In this document: positions 37,193-48,478 of the stretch, one piece after another
How positions within the stretch are numbered: the stretch's first letter is position 1
How the letters are laid out: every line of letters starts with the position of its first letter
Virus record (IMG/VR): IMGVR_UViG_3300029288_000075
Coordinates: 96,001 to 160,000 of that record
From: a virus
Lineage: Duplodnaviria; Caudoviricetes
Reading direction: 5' to 3' (one strand)
Length of the DNA stretch: 64,000 nucleotides
The notes under the pieces: generated by a model
Seen by the model: the letters and a program-made list of their open reading frames with translations, nothing else
Databases searched by the model: none
Told to the model about the DNA's origin: nothing
Program-made: the position numbers and the translations under genes

Positions 37193-37971
37193 TGCTGCAA
37201 TCTTCCCAACTAGAATCAACACTACGTGCGCTGTCCATGGGGGCAGTACTCATGCGCTACGTGGCAGAAGCAAGGGCGCTAATTCCTGGGTCAGAGGTAG
37301 CAGCAGACATGTTCATGCGTGCGCTGCTGACCCCGCTGTACACGCTTGAAGGACTGTTTGAAGAGGCGGACGTTCCTCAGCCGGTGTCAGTTAGAGCGCG
37401 CACGCGACGAGCGCTGACGGCAACGGTACAGCGAAAGACCAAAGCACAGCGGCAGGGGTTACCAAAGCCGGTGGACCTGCATGGACTAGACAAGCGGCTA
37501 CCCTCGTTGGTTGACCGTAGAATGGGCGTGGGGCGTACAGATGAGGCGCTGGAGGCGTCTGCCTGTAGGGCCTTGCTGCTAGAGGTCATTCGCCGGGCTG
37601 CCTTCGACTGGGTTCTGTACCGTAGCAGTTCAGACATAGCGAAGAAGCAGTGGGCAGAAACAGCATACATTTGGCTGTTTGAAGAGACTCCAAGATCTGC
37701 AACATGGTCGACACGACAGCGCGACGGCAAACTGCTTACTGGCTTTGTCACGGTGTGCACCATCTTGGATCTTGACCCCGACCAGGTGAGATCTAGGGTG
37801 CGCAAAATGACAGTACAAAGCATTCTGAGTGCTGGAAGACCTGCAGAGAGACGTAAGGGAAAGGTCTCCGACGAAGTCATGCACAGCGAAGACCTGCGGG
37901 TATTTGACGTTGATGTGAGCACGTTGCCTGTGCACGACTGCATGTTCGCCCCCGAGGATCGACATAGCTAA
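37192..37971 (+). CDS. hypothetical protein with a possible nucleic-acid-binding helical domain
   Basis: LLLEVIRRA...AYIWLF...FVTVCTILDLDPDQVR. Confidence 0.65.
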   Translation: MLQSSQLESTLRALSMGAVLMRYVAEARALIPGSEVAADMFMRALLTPLYTLEGLFEEADVPQPVSVRARTRRALTATVQRKTKAQRQGLPKPVDLHGLDKRLPSLVDRRMGVGRTDEALEASACRALLLEVIRRAAFDWVLYRSSSDIAKKQWAETAYIWLFEETPRSATWSTRQRDGKLLTGFVTVCTILDLDPDQVRSRVRKMTVQSILSAGRPAERRKGKVSDEVMHSEDLRVFDVDVSTLPVHDCMFAPEDRHS

Positions 37972-38004
37972 GAAAGAGGCGCAGGCCCTCTCTCCCGGTG
38001 CAGC

Positions 38005-38859
38005 TCACGTGCAGTACTTGGCATAGAAGTCGTTGCAGATGTCTGTCGTCAAAGCCACGTGCTCGGAGGTGTTGTTGGCATAGTTCACCCAGCACCATCC
38101 TGTATTTGAACTATAGTCACAGCTCTCTAATGACGAACCGTCTGCCGCAACGTTGGAGCACTTGTAGTCGGGGTTGGCACTTCCGTTGGGAAAGGTCTTG
38201 ATGGATGCCATCACCAGCGTATGGCAGTCGATTGATCCCCACACGAAGGTCGAGCCCCCCGTGCCAGCGTTCCCACCTGTGGTGGCTGTGCCGCCAGCGA
38301 CGCCGCTGGTACTCGCCGAACCGCCAGTGCTGGGAGTGCCTCCTGTGCTGGCTGGCGTTCCGCCGGTGCTTGTTGATGCCCCTCCGGTGGCGTTGGGGGT
38401 GCCTCCGGTGGCAGCAGCCCCACCGGTCGAAGAGCCGCTTCTGCTCATGGATCCTCCAGTAGGTCTCGCGCCGCCGGTTGCCGCAGCCCCGCCAGTGCCG
38501 TCGAAAGTCCCACCTGTAGTCTGTGTTGCTACGCCGCCCGTGGCATACGCGGTGGACCCTCCCGTGGCCTGGCTGCCTCCTGTAGAGGCTCCACCCGATG
38601 CACCGGGGTTGCCGCCGGTGGCTTGGCTGATGGAGCCCCCAGTTGCTACCTGTGAGGAGCCGCCAACTACGAACGTGGATCCACCGGTGACCCTCACCGT
38701 GGTACTAGCAGAACCGCCAGTACTTTTGATGACGGTGATTGCACCCGAAGCTCCTGCTACGTCGACAGCGTAGTTTTCTGGGCTCGCTTCGTCGCTACCG
38801 CAGGCAGCGCTGAGAACTGCAAGAGATGCCGTGAGCAGAATCTTGGATGTAGTTTTCAT
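38005..38859 (-). CDS. Myxobacterial-style lipoprotein with a TGG-repeat linker and Cys-rich C-terminal domain
   Basis: MKTTSKILLTASLAVLSAAC signal/lipobox; many TGG repeats; 6 Cys at the C-terminus. Confidence 0.75.
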   Translation of the reverse strand: MKTTSKILLTASLAVLSAACGSDEASPENYAVDVAGASGAITVIKSTGGSASTTVRVTGGSTFVVGGSSQVATGGSISQATGGNPGASGGASTGGSQATGGSTAYATGGVATQTTGGTFDGTGGAAATGGARPTGGSMSRSGSSTGGAAATGGTPNATGGASTSTGGTPASTGGTPSTGGSASTSGVAGGTATTGGNAGTGGSTFVWGSIDCHTLVMASIKTFPNGSANPDYKCSNVAADGSSLESCDYSSNTGWCWVNYANNTSEHVALTTDICNDFYAKYCT

Positions 38860-38870
38860 GTCATGTTCTT

Positions 38871-39131
38871 TCAGTGAGTTGTAGGAGACATTGGGTAGCA
38901 CTGCAGGATGAGTGTGCCTTCTCCGTTGTCGTAGTCACCCAGGTATTCGTCTTCTACTTCTATGGTATCGAGTGGTTGCACATGGCCCACTGTGGTTTCT
39001 GGGCCTTGGTAAATGACGGTGCGATCCCTAAGATAGGCGCATAGCTCTACGGGACGGCACGGGGTTTCGTTGGGTACGTCGACCACAAAGGTCGGGTCGT
39101 CGAACTTTTTCAGACGGGTCATTCCTTGCAT
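38871..39131 (-). CDS. small hypothetical protein
   Basis: GAGGAGGA RBS and promoter copy 5. Confidence 0.65.
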   Translation of the reverse strand: MQGMTRLKKFDDPTFVVDVPNETPCRPVELCAYLRDRTVIYQGPETTVGHVQPLDTIEVEDEYLGDYDNGEGTLILQCYPMSPTTH

Positions 39132-39151
39132 GTGGTTCCTCCTCTACCTAT

Positions 39152-39180
39152 CTTATCCCCGAATTTGCCCACTTCTTTCA
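39152..39180 (-). promoter_or_regulatory. Phage promoter motif, copy 5
   Basis: TGAAA-N15-GGGGATAAG. Confidence 0.7.
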
Positions 39181-39236
39181 ACCTGATGCGGTTGTTGACC
39201 CCTCTATTCCGCGCTTGAGCACCACCAGGAAGCACA

Positions 39237-39264
39237 TGAAGAATACGGCGGTTCATGGCATAAG
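39237..39264 (+). promoter_or_regulatory. Phage promoter motif, copy 6 (divergent from copy 5)
   Basis: TGAAG-N14-TGGCATAAG. Confidence 0.6.
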
Positions 39265-41995
39265 GGATCTATGGAGACTGTACCGTGGGTGATGTAATCG
39301 ATCGCAAGCCCCCTCAATGGCAAAAGAAAGCCCCAGTAGAGGTCGACGAAGACGCCATGATTCTGAGATTGGCGAGTGCTGTACTACGCACACTCACCGA
39401 CGAAGTGGTTCCCACGCAGGCGCAAATTGCTGTACTGCAGCTAGTGAAGCGCGCCGTGTTGGGAAACTACTTGGCGGCAACGCCTAGTGCATCAGCTCGA
39501 GAAGTCTTGTCGCAAGCCAACGCCTTGGCCAGAAACTACTCTGTCATGGGTGCAGACGGACAAAGCTATGACTGAAGAAACTACGATGAACGAGCTGACT
39601 GCAGTGGAGCTAGACCGTATCGACACCGTACGCGCACCGCCGCTATTCTTGGACTCTTCTCCTTGCGCATCGTTGGAGGAGCTGCGGGAATCGCTGCAGC
39701 AGCCGCTAGAGAAAGGGACTGTAAACAATCCATGACGTCACTTTGGCTACTAAAACTACGAGTGCTAGAGACCGCGCGCAAATGGTGGGAGATGCATAAG
39801 CCCGTCGACTGGTCTTTGGAGAAGCACTTGCTCAACCCAACCATCAATACGTGTGGGGAGGATGAGAGTGCGTTAGCGCGCTCTGTGGCCTCGTTGGTCA
39901 AGGAGTCTTGGCAATGGGACGACGCCGAGCCCATCGTACGAGACCTATATGGGCTGGTGAAGGACATGGAAAGCGCCAAGAAAGCGAGGCCAGACCGGCA
40001 CTTGATCCTGCGCAGGGCAGAAGCTTTCTTGGGTTTGCGGACAGTGTCTGAGGTGCCTGCTCCCATAGAGAGGGCAAAGGCCAAGGGAAAGCTGCATGAA
40101 ACACAGCAAGCGCGGGGCACGTGGCGTCAAGGGCAAAGAGCGTAAGCAGGGGGACTGTCCTTCGCGGCAGCCCTGGAGAGGAAGAACGAGCAAATGGCAA
40201 GGTCTACGACTGGAAGAAAGCCTAGAAAGGTTGGCAAGAAGGCCACCACCAAGCTCCGGACAGCAGCCAATGTCCGCAACGCAAAGAAGAATCCTCGAGT
40301 TGCAAGCCCACTACGCGAAGTCCTCGCACACATGACGGGAAAGAATCCTCCAAGGTTTGTACGTGGCTATTCGCTGGACGAGCTGTCTGACGAGGAGTAC
40401 GAGCAGCTACACACGTGGGCGGTCAAGAACGTACGACCTCGTTGGCTCACGGGGTGTGGCCTACTGGAGGCTGCTGAAGATCAGGTACAGGACGCGGTCA
40501 GCAATGGCAACATCCTTCCGTCCCCCGACTCATTGTCAGGTAGGGTGGAGGCCGCACAGCGAGTCCTACGCCGTCTACGGCAGCGGTATGATGCTGCGCT
40601 ACTAGACTTGGCTGTTGCTGTGGAAGGGCAGGCCAGGAGGACCCAGCATGACTGCAACTGCAAAGCGATGGGCTGAAGAGGTCAAGGATCCAGTGCTGTT
40701 TCTGAAGTGCTTGCATAGCGCGTTGAATGATCCCGATGTCTTGCCGGAGTTCGACAGGCTTACTGGATTTGACTTGTGCATGCGGCGCCCAGCCATAGAA
40801 CAGGCGATAGACAAGGCCACTGGCATGCTTGACGGTGGTGTTGAGGCGTTTCTGAAGTTTGTCGTGGATGCCATTTACCTACCAGTCGAGAAGGAGCTTT
40901 CGGAGATTCATCATGAAAAGTGACAGCTACTGCACTACCTTTTGCAATCACCCGCATAGACTGTCCGACGGCAAACCTATCGCGCATGAATGCTATGTAC
41001 TTCCAACTGCGGCACTATATGCAGAGAAAGCAGGAAAGATAGGGCTGGCAGTCGAGGAGCTGTCCAAGTGGAAGAACCGCAGAGTGCACCGTGGACTCAA
41101 GGAATCCCGTGCCTCATGATCATGACAGTATCGGTAGTGATGTGCGACCACTGCCAAGATCTGAAGTTTGCTTCGCACGTTGAGGCATACCGCGTAGCTG
41201 ACGGACCTACGCTGCACATCTGCTGTATTTGCCAGCGCAAGCCTTTTCGAAAAGTGCAACCGGCACCTAAGCGGATAGCTGCCCTCGAGCTGATACGGCA
41301 GGCTGCGGAACACCTGAATGACTGAGTACACGCCCCCAGAGCGTCAGTTGATTTCGCACGAAGTAGCACTGGCGCTGGAGTTCGAACAGCTGATTGAGGG
41401 GCTGTACGAGGAACGTGAGGCTGGGGTTGCCGCGCGTAAGAGGTTCATGGATGGGGTCCGTGCGCTGTTGGAGGCGCCCGTTGTACGTGAACCAGTGGTT
41501 ATGAACCAGCAGCAATGGGAGGACATCCTGCGATACGAGGAAGGAGTTCGAATGAAGGACGACACACTGCTGATACGGCGGGTTATACGCAACGGCGCTA
41601 ACAGATCCTCCACGGGGCCTGTTGTTGCGTCAGCCAGGGAACTTCGTAGGTTCGGCATGGACAAGAAGCCTGTAGCGCCTGCCACCTACACGAAGCGCAA
41701 CCGAAAGAGCAAGCGGTGACAGAAGCAGCAGATGAATACCGCCGGCTGTACAGCGAGTTGTTGTTTGCTCGTGAGCTAGATGGCGGTGATCTATCGCAGG
41801 AAGAAGAGGCACATCGCTGCGGTCAGCTCACTGACCTTTGGAACGAGATGACCGAAGAGGAGCAGGCCTCTTTCGAGCGGGATCTGGTGTCACCCTCCCC
41901 TGGCCTTCCATATAGCGACAACCCGTTGGGAGATCCGATGACGGATATGCGCACGGTGCTAGGAACCGGCGGCCTACCTCGCCAGCCTGCAGAGG

Positions 41996-42610
41996 ATGCT
42001 TCGGATGCCAGACGAAGATGACACCAGCCTTGGTCTGGCTTTTGAGGAACGTGTGGAGACCAGGGCTGTTGTCCGCGTGGTGCAGGAAACGATGCGCCAT
42101 GAATTGCAGGGCTTTGTTGGCACCCCGCGGATAACTGGGATGCGGATATCCGGGGAAGAGGCTACAGTTGAGGCTGACGTTGTACTGGACGTTCCAGCAA
42201 ACTACATACGAATCCAGTTTGACCTAGGAGAGAACATGACGAAGCAATTTGATACATGGGGGCCAGAGACGCCGGAGTCTGCTCTTGAAGGAGTGGCTGT
42301 GATACAGGAGGTGGACCCGCGGGTGGACAGTACACACCAGCTAGGAGTACTGCCCGTACCGGCTAATCCTCCCCCACCTACGGGTTGGGAGTATTGGGGT
42401 AAGCAGCCTGTTCCAAAGCAAGCGGCCGAGTTATGCATGACCATGCTGCACGCGCCTAGCCTGTACCCCATGGGTGCTTTTGCTCGCATCAAGGTTGGTG
42501 AAAAGGTCATAGGCGCGCGTGTGGAGTGGCACGACATACAGGGTGCTACTGGAAAAAGGGGATGCTTCCGCGGGGTGAATCTGCTTCACAAGGTGCACAA
42601 TGCCGTTTAG
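41996..42610 (+). CDS. hypothetical protein, possibly two in-frame genes
   Basis: Internal AGGAGA-ATG (MTKQFD) near 42236. Confidence 0.55.
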   Translation: MLRMPDEDDTSLGLAFEERVETRAVVRVVQETMRHELQGFVGTPRITGMRISGEEATVEADVVLDVPANYIRIQFDLGENMTKQFDTWGPETPESALEGVAVIQEVDPRVDSTHQLGVLPVPANPPPPTGWEYWGKQPVPKQAAELCMTMLHAPSLYPMGAFARIKVGEKVIGARVEWHDIQGATGKRGCFRGVNLLHKVHNAV

Positions 42611-42971
42611 AGCGCACCTGACTCGCACGCACAAGGAGAAGGTGCAGCTCGCTATGGAGGTGTGTGCCTACTTGAACGAGCTGCTGGAGGCAGACCAGCT
42701 GACGTTGCACCGCATGGTCGAAGCCAGATTTCGGTGCAACCGGAAGCTACTGGAGCATCCAACAGCCCAAGTAGATGCATCCCGTGGCACTCCAGTAGTA
42801 GGCCTACTAGGGATCATCAACGGCCTGATAGGCGTGGACGACAACCGGTGGGGCTACGTGACTGCGCTGTACGGAAGCAACCACGAGCTGGAGAAGTTTG
42901 TACTGTCTCCACGGCAACATGCCAATGGCAAAGTCGAAGAAGCAAAAGAAGAGGCACTGGAAGACAGCTAG
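42600..42971 (+). CDS. phage hypothetical protein
   Basis: CNRKLLEHPTAQV...VGLLGIINGLIG. Confidence 0.65.
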   Translation: MPFRAHLTRTHKEKVQLAMEVCAYLNELLEADQLTLHRMVEARFRCNRKLLEHPTAQVDASRGTPVVGLLGIINGLIGVDDNRWGYVTALYGSNHELEKFVLSPRQHANGKVEEAKEEALEDS

Positions 42972-43052
42972 CGAGCAGCGCAAGTACATGTTCCGACAGC
43001 GTGAGAAACAGCAAAAGAACACGGAAAGCGCTGCACCAGCAAAGGAGGAGTA

Positions 43053-43286
43053 ATGCCCTTGAAGACACGGGTGGTCTACGCCATCACAGAGAGGTCGGGT
43101 AAGATCTACATGCGTAGGATTGGTGCAGGGCATGAGAACCCAGACGGAAGTCTGGACTTACGCCTGGAGGCGTTGCCCACTGACGGCTGCATACACGTGC
43201 GTACGTTCGTGCCCGCACCAGCGTCCAAGAAGCCCGTGCTGCGCCTCACACGTGCGTCTAGGGACGCTCCTTGGAGAAGATCATGA
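43053..43286 (+). CDS. Small beta-rich protein of a family common in myxobacteria (DUF736/PC4-like)
   Basis: VYAITER...RIGAGHENPDGSLDLRLEALP.DG.IHVR; AGGAGG RBS. Confidence 0.6.
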   Translation: MPLKTRVVYAITERSGKIYMRRIGAGHENPDGSLDLRLEALPTDGCIHVRTFVPAPASKKPVLRLTRASRDAPWRRS

Positions 43287-43603
43287 CATGCACCTCATGC
43301 CGAATTGCGAACATGGAGTGTGACTGCGCCGACGGCCCATGTCCGGACTGCGACGAGCGTCTCTACGGTCCTCCAGAGAACACGACGCTGCCAGATCCAT
43401 CACTGATTTCGTGTGACTATGCGGCTGTGGAGCTTCGTGTGCTGGCTGCCGCAGCGATAAAGAATCCTGATTTGGACTTGGTGGTTCTGGACGTGTACGG
43501 TACAGATGTTCGTACCGTAGTGGACACGCAGGCAGACCGTAAGAAGCAACTGGCTGCGCTTTACGGTGCCTGCCTTGGAGACAAGCCCAATGAACCAAGA
43601 TGA
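43283..43603 (+). CDS. Small protein carrying family-A DNA polymerase motif fragments
   Basis: LISCDYAAVELRVLA resembles motif A; RKKQLAALYG resembles motif B; Cys-rich N-terminus. Confidence 0.5.
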   Translation: MTCTSCRIANMECDCADGPCPDCDERLYGPPENTTLPDPSLISCDYAAVELRVLAAAAIKNPDLDLVVLDVYGTDVRTVVDTQADRKKQLAALYGACLGDKPNEPR

Positions 43604-44015
43604 GGTTCGTAAGCTTACGGGGCTTCGAATGGCCCAGGAGATTCAAGAGGAGCAAGAGGCAGAACTTCAGCTCATCCTGGACAACATGAAACAAGGGATC
43701 CCCTTGGAGGACACTGTTGCTGCTCTGCGCCTCGAAGAAGACATGAGCCGCCCTTGGCGTAAGGAACAGGGCGAGGTCTTCCCCGAGGTACGGCAGCCCT
43801 CGGAGAAGGAGCGGATGATTGCTGAGTTGATGCTGCTCATTCGCACGAACTTCACTAGGCCCGGGGTGCCCATGGAATACCTCAGGCAAGAGATTGAGGG
43901 GATAGCAGGCCCTTGCGAGGTTCAGGGACTAGCGCACACCGTCATTATTCGCCGACTGCAAGAAGAAGCGGACGGCACGCACATTGAGATCAACATCGAC
44001 TTCTAGGAACTGGCA

Positions 44016-44729
44016 ATGAACGACAACGAAGTGTACGACCGAGTTATTCGACGTGAACTTTCCCCAGACCAGCTAGATGACTGGTACATGGGCATACCTG
44101 GTACCCCGAGCAAGTACCAGATGTACCTCTTTGCCGAAGGCAGGGCTTTCTTGCTGATGCAGTCCAGGCCGTTGGCGCGTGAGATGACTCTACAGGAGCC
44201 TTACACCCAGCTGCAGCGGATACGCGTACGCACGGACCACGTACCTCCGCCGTTGGTTGGCCACCTACAAGCTACAGTTACTGGGCGTGATACGTGCATG
44301 ACTTGGATGGTGCCTGCCCATTTGCGTGAGGGATTAGTGGCCACGTTGAAGGAGCAGGGATACGACGTGGTCGACTGCAAGCAGCCTACGGTCATGACCT
44401 ACGTGTACGTGGAGGGAGACTCAGGCTCTGCTGTCATGTCTGGTAGGCACGAGTACCCCGCCCCAGCAGGTTGGCGTTGTTGGACAGTCCCCGCTGCAGA
44501 AGTGGGCCCTATATTGAAGCAGCTGTGGAGTGCCGGGTACATCGCTACGCTTGCAGTTCCCACGACCCTGTCTTCCTCCATAGACATCGTAGAGGAGAAG
44601 AATGGGAGGGCGCAGCTTGTCTATGGGCGTGTTCCAACTACTCCTTTCCGCACGAGTTTACCCAACACGGCCTCGAAGGGATTGCTTGGTCTGCTTGGTT
44701 TTGGCCGCAAGGCACGGAAGGATCCCTGA
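44016..44729 (+). CDS. hypothetical protein
   Basis: 237 aa, AGGA RBS. Confidence 0.7.
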   Translation: MNDNEVYDRVIRRELSPDQLDDWYMGIPGTPSKYQMYLFAEGRAFLLMQSRPLAREMTLQEPYTQLQRIRVRTDHVPPPLVGHLQATVTGRDTCMTWMVPAHLREGLVATLKEQGYDVVDCKQPTVMTYVYVEGDSGSAVMSGRHEYPAPAGWRCWTVPAAEVGPILKQLWSAGYIATLAVPTTLSSSIDIVEEKNGRAQLVYGRVPTTPFRTSLPNTASKGLLGLLGFGRKARKDP

Positions 44730-45189
44730 TGGCAGCAAAACGACGTGGCCATACCATCTCCCTCAAAGGGGTGGCGGCAAAGGCCTTCGTGGAGATGTAT
44801 ACGGGCGTACGTGCGCCATGTGAAGATGACGTGTTTGTGCGGTTGGCTACCCTTGTGCACATGGAGGTAGCCTCCAACAACATGGATGGTGCAGTGGCGT
44901 TACTCAAGGATGCCATGGCCCAGGCGCGTGTTGATGCACGCAAGGACTACAACCAGGTGACTGAGCAGGAGCACAAGGAGTGCCATGAGACCCTTCCAAA
45001 AACCTGAAAAGACGAAGAAGCCCTTCAAGAGGGTGGTTGGGGCATCCTGCTCTGACGCCCAGCGAGTAGTGCACCCGGCTACACGCGAGCAAGATGCGTC
45101 GAATCTAGCCAGGGTGCAGCGAGAACGTGCATTGAAACCACCACCCCTCAAGTTGCCAGACCGGTGCAGCAGAAGGTCGTAGGAATCAC

Positions 45190-45570
45190 ATGAATAGGTC
45201 AACAAAGTTGCGACGCGAGCGAAAGAAGGAACGAGCAGCGCGAGCAAAGGGTAGAACGCACTACTACGATTTCGAAACTGCTGCTCTGCTTCCGCGGCAG
45301 ACGCAGCCACCGGCGCCGGTGAAGCCTGCTGCCAGCGATGCAGTACCTGTGGATTCCCGCCTGCTGATCCAATACATGGGCATTGGGCGTCCTTCCTGCC
45401 TACGTCCATACCGCAAGGGTGTCAGCCTCAAGGAGGGTTGGCAGTCCTATTGGGTGCCAACGGAACGGCTAGCTGAACTGCAGCAAGAACTTGAGCTGGC
45501 AGGCATACCCAGCAGTACAGGAATGCCCATCACGTTCGTTCCTACCAGCACCAGAGATGGAGATTACTGA
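45190..45570 (+). CDS. hypothetical protein
   Basis: AGGA RBS; contains YYDFET. Confidence 0.6.
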   Translation: MNRSTKLRRERKKERAARAKGRTHYYDFETAALLPRQTQPPAPVKPAASDAVPVDSRLLIQYMGIGRPSCLRPYRKGVSLKEGWQSYWVPTERLAELQQELELAGIPSSTGMPITFVPTSTRDGDY

Positions 45571-45571
45571 C

Positions 45572-46213
45572 ATGGCGACCGTCAAAGACCGGATGTTGTA
45601 TCCGTCACCGGCAAAGGACCGTCTCACTTTCGGTGCGCAGCTTCGTCAAGATTTGGATGAAGCAAGGAGTGAAGAAGACCAAGGGATCTTTGCATCAATA
45701 GCAGAAACTTCGCAGGTAGTGCACGACGAGATCCAGGAAGTAGATGTCGACCTAGTGCAGAAAATGGCCACGACGGCTACGCTGGTGACTCCGCCGCCCT
45801 TCGTTGACCCCTACAAGGTAGGGTACAAGCCGCTTTGTCCTGAGGAGCAGGCACTAGTGGTGGTTCATTTGTTCGCCTGCCTCGTACTGGACCACATTGG
45901 CCCTGAGCTGGACCGATTGGAAGGAGAGGAGGGACTTAGGGGATTTGGTGAGCTCTTGGAGGATGACCCTCCTGCGGATCACGGAGTCTACATCTGGACT
46001 GGGCATGTACGCTGGACTCCAGCAACCCCGCCAGATCTTGACGACTCAGAACGCGAGTTGGTGGGCTTCTTCCGAGAGGCTACAGCGGAGGAGTGGGATG
46101 CTCACTTGCGTGGGGAGCATCCGTGGGACCCCAGCGAATGGAAGGAAGAAGATGTCGGAAACATTGACGATAAACGCGGATCAGCTGAGGGAGATAACGA
46201 AGCTGGCAGCTAG
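45572..46213 (+). CDS. acidic hypothetical protein
   Basis: GGAG RBS before MATVKD. Confidence 0.65.
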   Translation: MATVKDRMLYPSPAKDRLTFGAQLRQDLDEARSEEDQGIFASIAETSQVVHDEIQEVDVDLVQKMATTATLVTPPPFVDPYKVGYKPLCPEEQALVVVHLFACLVLDHIGPELDRLEGEEGLRGFGELLEDDPPADHGVYIWTGHVRWTPATPPDLDDSERELVGFFREATAEEWDAHLRGEHPWDPSEWKEEDVGNIDDKRGSAEGDNEAGS

Positions 46214-46301
46214 GTACGGCATCACTGTCAACGAGTGTCTGCGCAAGCTACTTGAGCGGGCACTGCTAGACGTCAAGTTGGCTGAAGCTCATTCGTTGTA
46301 G
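46152..46301 (+). CDS. Small ribbon-helix-helix-like protein
   Basis: TLTINADQLREITKLAARYGITVNECLRKLL. Confidence 0.5.
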   Translation: MSETLTINADQLREITKLAARYGITVNECLRKLLERALLDVKLAEAHSL

Positions 46302-47201
46302 ACGAGAAAGGACGTAAAGGATGCCGATAGAGCTCGTAAGCGACAGGCTTGAGCGGGAGCGCAGAGAAGCAGCGGATGCGAGGAAACGCATCCGTTATGT
46401 GATCGTGCACTACTCCCCAAAGTGCGATGGCTATTCCCTGGCCGTTACAAATCAGGGTAGGTTTCACTACGACGATGCTGCTTCTGCACTAGATGCTGCG
46501 GCGGTGCTCAGACCTAGCATGAAGAGTAAGTTAGGTCTGGCGGATATCAATGTCATAGCCGCCACGTGCTGGGAAAGTGGGGACTGCTGCGGTACCGTGT
46601 TTTCAAAGGAATACGTGAAAGCCAACATGGTGGTGGACGACGATCCTGTACGCAGGGCACAGTTGGCGGCAGAAAGCGAGGAATAGTATGGCATTTCACG
46701 AATCCAAACCGCGTAAGGGCAAGCGTCGTCGCGTGAAGTTCAACGCTGACGAGATGCATGATTGGTACACCGACTTGTGGGACGAGTTCCCACCAAGTCC
46801 GCTGTGCCCAGAAGACCGCACCAACTTCAAGACCGTCACCTACGTCCCGCTGGCAGATCTCAAGGCCTTAGCTGCAGCAGTTCGTGCCCACAACAGGGCG
46901 GTCATAGATGCGGAGTCCATGCTCCCAGAGCAGGAGACAGACTGGCCCGATGGGTATGACTTCAAGGAACTAGAAAAGGTCAATGCAGTTGAGGATTTGG
47001 CGCGGGCCAGGCTGAATCGCCTTCTAAGCCGCGCCGAAGGAGGCAAGGATGGCACTTGTGCTACTTGCAAGCACTGCATCCACGACAAGAAGCACAACCG
47101 TAGGTACTGCAAGAAGCGTGTGAATGGGGCCACCTACGACGACGTACCTGCCAGCGGGGCTGGCTTTTGCTACATGTACGAAGTATCTAGATGAGGATTA
47201 C

Positions 47202-47852
47202 ATGCCAACAACCGAAGTAGAGAAAGCCACCAAGACTAATGACACCTGCCAGGGGTGTGGAGCCTGCTGCGCTCCAGGCATTTTGGGACAAGAGACTGGT
47301 CCTTACCTTGAAGTCACGCCGTCTGATCTCAAAGATGAGTTCAAGAGTAGGAAGAAGCTGGTGGTCAAAGACCAGTTCTTCGGAGAAGGCGGAAGGCTTT
47401 TTCTTCCAGTGGTCAGAGCGCAGAACGACTTCACCCAGTGTGAGCATCTAGCAGGGCACGTGTTGCAGGATGCACGCTGTGGCTGCTATGACACCAGGCC
47501 CGCGGCTTGCCGCATCTTCGTTCCTGGTGGAGAGATGTGTCAAAAGGCACGGCAGGCCTGGTTGGTACATAGAGACCAGGTGCGATGGGAGCTATCGGAG
47601 CATCCCGAGCTCAATAGGGACGAGGCGGTTTTCGCCGTAGTGTCCAGAAACAATGGCCCCTTCCTTGGCTTGGACTTGCACAACGCGGTACTCAATTCTT
47701 TGGGGCAGGGACCTGACTACGTGTACTTGCGTGCGAAGAGGGATAGAGAGCAGCAGCTTGAAGTAACCAAGTTGCCTGCTTCGGAGATCCCTGACCTTCA
47801 GAAAAAACGCCCAGCGGTTCCTGTATCTGGCAGAAGAAAGGCCAAGGCATGA
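47202..47852 (+). CDS. YkgJ/FliB-like Zn/Fe-chelating cysteine-cluster protein
   Basis: CQGCGACC...CEHL...CGCYDTRPAACRIF. Confidence 0.8.
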   Translation: MPTTEVEKATKTNDTCQGCGACCAPGILGQETGPYLEVTPSDLKDEFKSRKKLVVKDQFFGEGGRLFLPVVRAQNDFTQCEHLAGHVLQDARCGCYDTRPAACRIFVPGGEMCQKARQAWLVHRDQVRWELSEHPELNRDEAVFAVVSRNNGPFLGLDLHNAVLNSLGQGPDYVYLRAKRDREQQLEVTKLPASEIPDLQKKRPAVPVSGRRKAKA

Positions 47853-47981
47853 GCATGGAGTTTCTCACCTTCTTCTATACGCATTGGGTACTTACCACCT
47901 GGTTCCTTGCTGTGAACTGGGGAGGGATCATCCTGACGGTAGGTGCTGCGTATGAGGCGTTGAACAAGAAAGGATAGACAC

Positions 47982-48257
47982 GTGCGAATACTCAAAAAGA
48001 ACCGTGGTCTGCATTCCAACCGCTACAGCCGAGAGCCGGAGGAGAAGCGATTCGCTGAGGCATGGGATGCCAAGAATCGTGGTGTTGTACGTACTCTGAA
48101 CTACTTGCTGTCGTCGGACAGTCAAAGGGCAATTGAACCCAGTGACAGGGAACGCGTGTTAGCGGCCACCGTGATCCAGTGGTTGGGTTCATCTGTGGGG
48201 CAATCCTTTCTGGAGGATCTGGGGTATAGGCTCCTCTTCCGGTACAGGAAGTCATGA
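47982..48257 (+). CDS. phage hypothetical protein
   Basis: EKRFAEAW...AATVIQWLGSSVGQSFL. Confidence 0.65.
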   Translation: MRILKKNRGLHSNRYSREPEEKRFAEAWDAKNRGVVRTLNYLLSSDSQRAIEPSDRERVLAATVIQWLGSSVGQSFLEDLGYRLLFRYRKS

Positions 48258-48478
48258 TTGTTGGCGCCTACGAGCTCACGCTGTATTGCGATACTGCGGG
48301 ATGCCCGAAAGCTTCCTGCACACCCAACGGCTCGCAAGAGCCAGCACCGCCGTTCCAGACGTACGCAGAGACCGGCGGCGAGTGCCGAAGAAAAGCCAGA
48401 CGTCTTGGCTGGTTCTTGAACCTGAAGACTGGTGGTTGCCTGTGTCCAACCTGTGCCCTAATACGTAGGAGATAATCG

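Noticed and set aside
38174-38773. 199-aa Pro/Val-rich + strand ORF
   Set aside because: Antisense shadow of the TGG-repeat lipoprotein
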